DNA from: Oxalobacteraceae bacterium UBA4003
GTDB lineage: Bacteria > Pseudomonadota > Gammaproteobacteria > Burkholderiales > Burkholderiaceae_D
DNA length: 64,000 nucleotides
NCBI GenBank assembly: GCA_002384815.1
Contig: DGBN01000046.1
Coordinates: 25,489-89,488 of the forward strand
Reading direction: 5' to 3'
Under the pieces are notes generated by a model. It ran no database searches. It was not told the origin of the DNA and saw nothing but the letters and a program-made list of their open reading frames with translations. The first letter of the stretch is position 1; every line of letters starts with the position of its first letter. Position numbers and translations under genes: made by a program. This document shows positions 59,512-64,000 of the stretch, one piece after another.

Positions 59512-59593
59512 GTAAAGACGAGATTTCCCCTTGCCAATCAACGCCATTTAGCGGCAAAATGCGGCCATCATCGTCAAACGGAGTTGCATCTCC

Positions 59594-60031
59594 ATGGCAA
59601 AAAACATCCTTTTATTGAACGGCCCGAACCTGAATCTGCTGGGTTCGCGCGAGCCTGAGGTCTATGGCTCGACTACGCTGGCCGACGTCGAACGCGCTGC
59701 TACCGAACAGGCTAGCCAGGCCGGCGCCCGGCTGACTGCATTTCAAAGCAATCACGAAGGTGTGCTGATAGACCGCATTCAAGCCGCCAAGAAGGAAGGC
59801 ATCGATGCAATTATCATCAATCCGGGCGGACTGACACATAGCAGCGTATCATTACGGGATGCCTTGGCATCGGTTGCATTGCCATTTATTGAAGTGCACG
59901 TCTCCAATATTCACCAGCGCGAGGCTTTCCGTCATCACTCCTATCTGTCCGGCATTGCTGTCGGCGTGATCTGCGGATTAGGAACAGATGGCTACACAGC
60001 CGCCATCTCATTTGCGCTCAAAAAACTCTAA
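59594..60031 (+). CDS. aroQ: Type II 3-dehydroquinate dehydratase
   Basis: [43 protein letters not shown]. Confidence 0.97.
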   Translation: MAKNILLLNGPNLNLLGSREPEVYGSTTLADVERAATEQASQAGARLTAFQSNHEGVLIDRIQAAKKEGIDAIIINPGGLTHSSVSLRDALASVALPFIEVHVSNIHQREAFRHHSYLSGIAVGVICGLGTDGYTAAISFALKKL

Positions 60032-60110
60032 TTTCCACCATTTGTCGTCAAATGCCTTATAATTGTCGGCATCTTTAATCATAAAAACTAAAATCTCCAA
60101 GGAATTGCAC

Positions 60111-60572
60111 ATGGATTTACGCAAGCTCAAGACCCTCATAGACTTGGTCGCCGAATCAGATATCGCAGAACTGGAAGTCACCGAAGGTGAAAGCAAGGTC
60201 CGCATCGTCAAATCGTCACCCGTACCGCAAAATCAGGTTGTCATGATGCAGCCGCAAGGTGGCCAGCAGTACGCCCCGGCAGCAGCACCCGTTGCGGTAC
60301 CTGTCGCAACGGCAGCTCCGGTCGTTGCCGAAATCAAAGGCCATGTCGTCAAGTCACCTATGGTCGGCACTTTTTACCGCTCCTCCGCGCCAGGCTCGCC
60401 GGCATTCGTCGAAGTCGGTTCGACAGTGAAAGAAGGCGATACCCTTTGCATCATCGAGGCAATGAAGCTGTTGAATGAAATCGATGCGGATGCTACCGGC
60501 GTTATCAAGGAAATCCTGGTTGAAAACGGTCAGCCAGTCGAGTTCGGTCAGCCGTTATTCATCATCGGCTAA
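60111..60572 (+). CDS. accB: Acetyl-CoA carboxylase biotin carboxyl carrier protein
   Basis: [21 protein letters not shown], biotinylation motif EAMKL. Confidence 0.97.
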   Translation: MDLRKLKTLIDLVAESDIAELEVTEGESKVRIVKSSPVPQNQVVMMQPQGGQQYAPAAAPVAVPVATAAPVVAEIKGHVVKSPMVGTFYRSSAPGSPAFVEVGSTVKEGDTLCIIEAMKLLNEIDADATGVIKEILVENGQPVEFGQPLFIIG

Positions 60573-60662
60573 TAAAATTGAAGCCGGAGGTTTGGCGCCA
60601 CGCCGCTTCCCTTCAAGCCGCTGATTTGATTCCATCCCATAACGACGAGTCCCGTTTCCACT

Positions 60663-60697
60663 ATGTTTGAAAAAATTCTCATTGCCAATCGCGGTGA
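60663..60697 (+). repeat. Truncated duplicate of the first 12 codons of accC
   Basis: ATGTTTGAAAAAATTCTCATTGCCAATCGCGGTGA versus ATGTTTGAAAAGATCCTGATCGCCAATCGCGGCGA at 60778-60812: same peptide, different synonymous codons. Confidence 0.9.
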
Positions 60698-60777
60698 CCA
60701 GCCGCATAGCGGCGCAGCAGCGCAACTATATTGCCTCGCTGCCGCAGGCAGCAGCAATCTCGTCGCGGAGACCACCC

Positions 60778-62127
60778 ATGTTTGAAAAGATCCTGATCGC
60801 CAATCGCGGCGAGATTGCCTTACGTATCCAGCGCGCCTGCCGGGAAATGGGCATTAAAACCGTAGTCGTCCATTCCGAAGCTGACCGCGATGCCAAATAT
60901 GTCAAGCTGGCCGACGAGTCCGTGTGTATCGGCCCTGCGCCTTCCGCATTGAGCTATCTGAACATGCCTGCCATCATCAGCGCGGCGGAAGTCACCGATG
61001 CCGAAGCCATTCATCCTGGCTACGGCTTTCTGTCTGAAAATGCCGATTTTGCAGAGCGCGTGGAACAATCCGGTTTTGTCTTCATCGGCCCGCGTTCGGA
61101 ATCCATCCGCATGATGGGCGACAAAGTATCGGCCAAACAGGCCATGATCAAGGCTGGTGTGCCGTGCGTACCCGGCTCGGAAGGTGCACTGCCGGAAGAT
61201 GGTAAGGAAATCGTCCAGATTGCGCGCAAGATTGGCTACCCTGTCATTATCAAGGCAGCCGGCGGCGGCGGCGGACGCGGCATGCGTGTCGTGCATACCG
61301 AAGCGGCATTGTTGAATGCCGTGACCATGACCAAAACGGAAGCTGGTGCTGCATTCGGCAATCCGGAAGTCTATATGGAAAAGTATCTGGAAAATCCTCG
61401 TCACGTGGAAATCCAGATACTGGCCGACGAACACAAGAACGCAGTGTGGCTGGGAGAGCGCGATTGCTCGATGCAACGCCGCCACCAGAAAGTTCTGGAA
61501 GAAGCGCCGGCGCCAGGCATCCCGCGCAAAACCATAGAACGCATAGGTGATCGTTGCGCGGAAGCCTGTCGCAAGATGGGTTATCGTGGTGCAGGTACAT
61601 TTGAATTCCTGTACGAAAACGGCGAGTTCTACTTCATCGAGATGAACACGCGCGTGCAGGTGGAGCATCCGGTGACCGAGATGATCACGGGCGTGGACAT
61701 TGTGAAGACGCAGATCATGGTGGCTGCCGGGGAGAAGCTGCCCTTCACCCAGCGTCAGATCGAGATCCGCGGCCATGCCATCGAGTGCCGCGTGAACGCT
61801 GAGGACCCGTACAAGTTCACCCCGTCGCCGGGGCGCATCACCATGTGGCATGTGCCGGGTGGTCCGGGCGTGCGTGTGGACTCGCATGTCTACAACAACT
61901 ACTTCGTGCCACCCAACTATGACTCGATGATCGGCAAGATCATCGTGCATGGCGATACCCGCGACCAGGCGCTGGCCCGCATGCGCACGGCGTTGTCCGA
62001 GACCGTGGTCGAGGGCATCAGCACCAACGTGCCGCTGCACCAGGAACTGATGGTGGACGCTAATTTCATCACGGGTGGCACCAACATCCATTACCTGGAA
62101 GAGTGGCTGTCCCAGCACAAGCGCTGA
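60778..62127 (+). CDS. accC: Acetyl-CoA carboxylase biotin carboxylase subunit (compositionally mosaic)
   Basis: [51 protein letters not shown]; GGAG RBS at 60767. The 486-aa ORF at 60667 in the track is an artefact of the duplication. Confidence 0.95.
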   Translation: MFEKILIANRGEIALRIQRACREMGIKTVVVHSEADRDAKYVKLADESVCIGPAPSALSYLNMPAIISAAEVTDAEAIHPGYGFLSENADFAERVEQSGFVFIGPRSESIRMMGDKVSAKQAMIKAGVPCVPGSEGALPEDGKEIVQIARKIGYPVIIKAAGGGGGRGMRVVHTEAALLNAVTMTKTEAGAAFGNPEVYMEKYLENPRHVEIQILADEHKNAVWLGERDCSMQRRHQKVLEEAPAPGIPRKTIERIGDRCAEACRKMGYRGAGTFEFLYENGEFYFIEMNTRVQVEHPVTEMITGVDIVKTQIMVAAGEKLPFTQRQIEIRGHAIECRVNAEDPYKFTPSPGRITMWHVPGGPGVRVDSHVYNNYFVPPNYDSMIGKIIVHGDTRDQALARMRTALSETVVEGISTNVPLHQELMVDANFITGGTNIHYLEEWLSQHKR

Positions 62128-62202
62128 TAGTCTCGCCTCCATGGCCCCGCTGGCCTGCGCGTTTGCGCACAGGCCAGCTTTTCGTTTTTTCCGGAGCTGC
62201 CG

Positions 62203-63090
62203 ATGTTTGAATTGAGCCTGCTGTGTCCAGAAGACAGGGTGGAAGACCTGAGCGACGCCCTGGACGCTCTGGATGCCCTGAGCGTGTCGGTGGAAGACGC
62301 CGACGCGCAGACCGAGGCGGAACAGGCACTGTTCGGCGAGCCCGGCATGCCGCCGCCGCGCGAAGGCTGGCAGCGCAGCCGCATCGTCGCCCTGTTTGCC
62401 GCCCGCGAGGGGGCCGAGGAAGCGCAGCGGCTCCTGCAAGCCCAGGAATTCTTCGCTGGCTGCGAGGTGCTGGGTATCGCCCCGGTGGCGGACCAGGACT
62501 GGGTGCGCCTGACGCAGTCACAGTTCGCCCCGGTGGAGATCACGCCAGACTTCTGGATCGTGCCGACCTGGCACGACCTGCCACCCCAGGCGCGCACCAG
62601 TATCCGTCTCGACCCGGGCCTGGCCTTTGGCACGGGCACGCACCCCACCACGCGCATGTGCCTGCGCTGGATCGCACGCCAGAGTGGCACCCAGGGTCTG
62701 GGGCGCGTGCTGGACTATGGCTGCGGCTCGGGCATCCTGGCCATTGGCGCCGCCAAGCACGGTGCCGTGGACATCGACGCGGTTGATATCGACCCTGCTG
62801 CTGTGGAGTCCACCCGGCTCAATGCGCAAGCCAATGGCGTGCAGCTGCACGCCGGACTGCCCGAGCAGGCCCAGGGGCTGTACCAGACCGTACTGGCCAA
62901 TATCCTGGCCACGCCCCTCAAGGTGCTGGCGCCGCTGCTGTGCGCCCATGTGGCGCAGGGCGGTCACCTGGTGCTGGCCGGGATCCTGGAGCGGCAGGCC
63001 GAGGAACTGCAGCAGGCCTACGCGTCCTGGCTACGGCTTGAGGTGGCTGACCGTGAGGATGGCTGGATCCTGATGACGGCGGTGCGCTAG
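62203..63090 (+). CDS. prmA: Ribosomal protein L11 methyltransferase
   Basis: DPGLAFGTGTHPTT, LDYGCGSGILAI, ANILA. Confidence 0.96.
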   Translation: MFELSLLCPEDRVEDLSDALDALDALSVSVEDADAQTEAEQALFGEPGMPPPREGWQRSRIVALFAAREGAEEAQRLLQAQEFFAGCEVLGIAPVADQDWVRLTQSQFAPVEITPDFWIVPTWHDLPPQARTSIRLDPGLAFGTGTHPTTRMCLRWIARQSGTQGLGRVLDYGCGSGILAIGAAKHGAVDIDAVDIDPAAVESTRLNAQANGVQLHAGLPEQAQGLYQTVLANILATPLKVLAPLLCAHVAQGGHLVLAGILERQAEELQQAYASWLRLEVADREDGWILMTAVR

Positions 63091-63143
63091 CCGCGCTCGG
63101 GGTGGTTCTTGGATCGTGACCACGTTCTTACAATGCCGAGCCG

Positions 63144-64000
63144 ATGAGCCAGATCACCTGCTGCCCCTCCTGCGGAACCAAGTTCAAGGTTGTTGCTGAC
63201 CAGCTGCGCATTTCCGAAGGCTGGGTGCGCTGCGGCCAGTGCAAGGAAATCTTTGACGCTTCGGCCCATATGCAGGCCATCGTCGTGCCGCCGCTGCTGC
63301 CGGATTTGCCGCTCGAAGCCCCCCCCGAGCATCACGCACCCCCGGCTCCCACGACCGAGCCTGTCGCCCCCGTGCTGGAGGTTCCCGATCCGGTAGTCCC
63401 AGCTTTTCTTGCGGCGCCCGCACCGCCTCCCGTGGCTGTCGCCGTGGCCGAGGCGGAGCCTGCTGAGCCTCTGCAGGCCGAGGCCGATGTGCTTCCCGCG
63501 GAGGCCCTTGCGCTGGCACCCGAAGTGCCGGACGCAGCCGAGGGCAGTGATGGGACACAGGCGTCTACCAAGGAGGCGCAGGCATTCTCTGCACCTCTGC
63601 CCGTGGAGCCCTCGGCGCAGGAGATACCGCAAGAAGCCTGCGCCGCCGTTCCCGGCGAACCGGCCAGCGAACCGGCCAGCGATGCCGCACCTGCCACAGA
63701 GCCCCCAGCCGCGCCTGAGGTCGCTTCAGCACCTGCTGAGGCACCGCTCCAGCCACAGAGCGATGGGCAAGACGTGGGCGGGGAGCTTCCCCCTGAGCCT
63801 GGGTTCGTGCGCGCGGCGCGGCGGCGGGCGTTCTGGCACAGCACGGGCGTGCGTCTCTTCCTGCTGTTGCTGGGCCTGGTGGCGGTGGCCGGGCTGGCGC
63901 TGCAAATGGCGGTGCACCAGCGCAATGCGCTGGCTGCTGCCCAGCCGCAACTGCGGCCCTGGCTGGAGCAGACCTGTGCATGGCTAGGCTGCACGATCGG
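63144..64000 (+). CDS. Zinc-ribbon (MJ0042-like) / DUF3426 protein, 3' end runs off the window
   Basis: Manual translation MSQITCCPSCGTKFKVVADQLRISEGWVRCGQCKEIF, long Pro/Ala/Glu linker, PGFVRAARR, TM helix, LEQTCAWLGC. Not in the ORF track. Confidence 0.88.
   Translation, partial: MSQITCCPSCGTKFKVVADQLRISEGWVRCGQCKEIFDASAHMQAIVVPPLLPDLPLEAPPEHHAPPAPTTEPVAPVLEVPDPVVPAFLAAPAPPPVAVAVAEAEPAEPLQAEADVLPAEALALAPEVPDAAEGSDGTQASTKEAQAFSAPLPVEPSAQEIPQEACAAVPGEPASEPASDAAPATEPPAAPEVASAPAEAPLQPQSDGQDVGGELPPEPGFVRAARRRAFWHSTGVRLFLLLLGLVAVAGLALQMAVHQRNALAAAQPQLRPWLEQTCAWLGCTI

Noticed and set aside
60667-60777. 37-aa N-terminal extension of AccC in the ORF track
   Set aside because: Produced by reading the duplicated start and foreign spacer in another frame; the real start is ATG 60778 with its own RBS.
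62149-62180. GC-rich hairpin between accC and prmA, considered as a REP or mobile element
   Set aside because: Single copy in the window; nothing beyond a generic intergenic stem-loop can be supported.
60820-62439. 539-aa minus-strand ORF
   Set aside because: Antisense shadow of accC and prmA; it crosses the compositional junction without meaningful sequence.
1-64000. rRNA, tRNA, CRISPR arrays, prophage, IS/transposase, integrase or defence genes
   Set aside because: No matching motifs, regularly spaced repeats or such proteins were seen by eye; tRNAscan-SE, Infernal and CRISPR finders would be needed to exclude short RNAs fully.

Overview
Core-chromosome window from an Oxalobacteraceae betaproteobacterium; the gene set and protein sequences look Herminiimonas/Janthinobacterium-like, and this assignment is inference, not a database result. 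From left to right it holds: partial cyoA with a divergent MFS transporter, recQ, uppP, a stop-interrupted YkgJ-type gene, pcm-rhodanese-tolC, an acrR/acrAB-oprM RND locus with an AcrR-type operator, small hypothetical genes, waaA and pmm/pgm. An 11-kb catabolic island follows (19.9-30.9 kb): fold-III PLP aldolase, TctCBA transporter, GntR regulator, class-V aminotransferase, FAH-family hydratase/decarboxylase and a 1,000-aa FAD/Fe-S 2-hydroxyacid oxidoreductase, with an identical 13-bp operator at its two main promoters. The rest carries apaH-plsC, pyrC'-pyrB-pyrR-ruvX-yqgE, a multiply deleted photolyase pseudogene, pilGHIJ-chpA, rubredoxin, thiD-like, hemL, corA with a long structured leader, mtgA-aroE-tonB-rnb, ubiC-like, yqiA, mpl, tlpA and aroQ-accB-accC-prmA-DUF3426. 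The right end is mosaic: the accC start is duplicated, and codon usage and GC switch abruptly inside accC near 61,620 to a Comamonadaceae-like sequence, which is either an assembly chimera or a recombination event. I found no rRNA, tRNA, CRISPR array, integrase or transposase.
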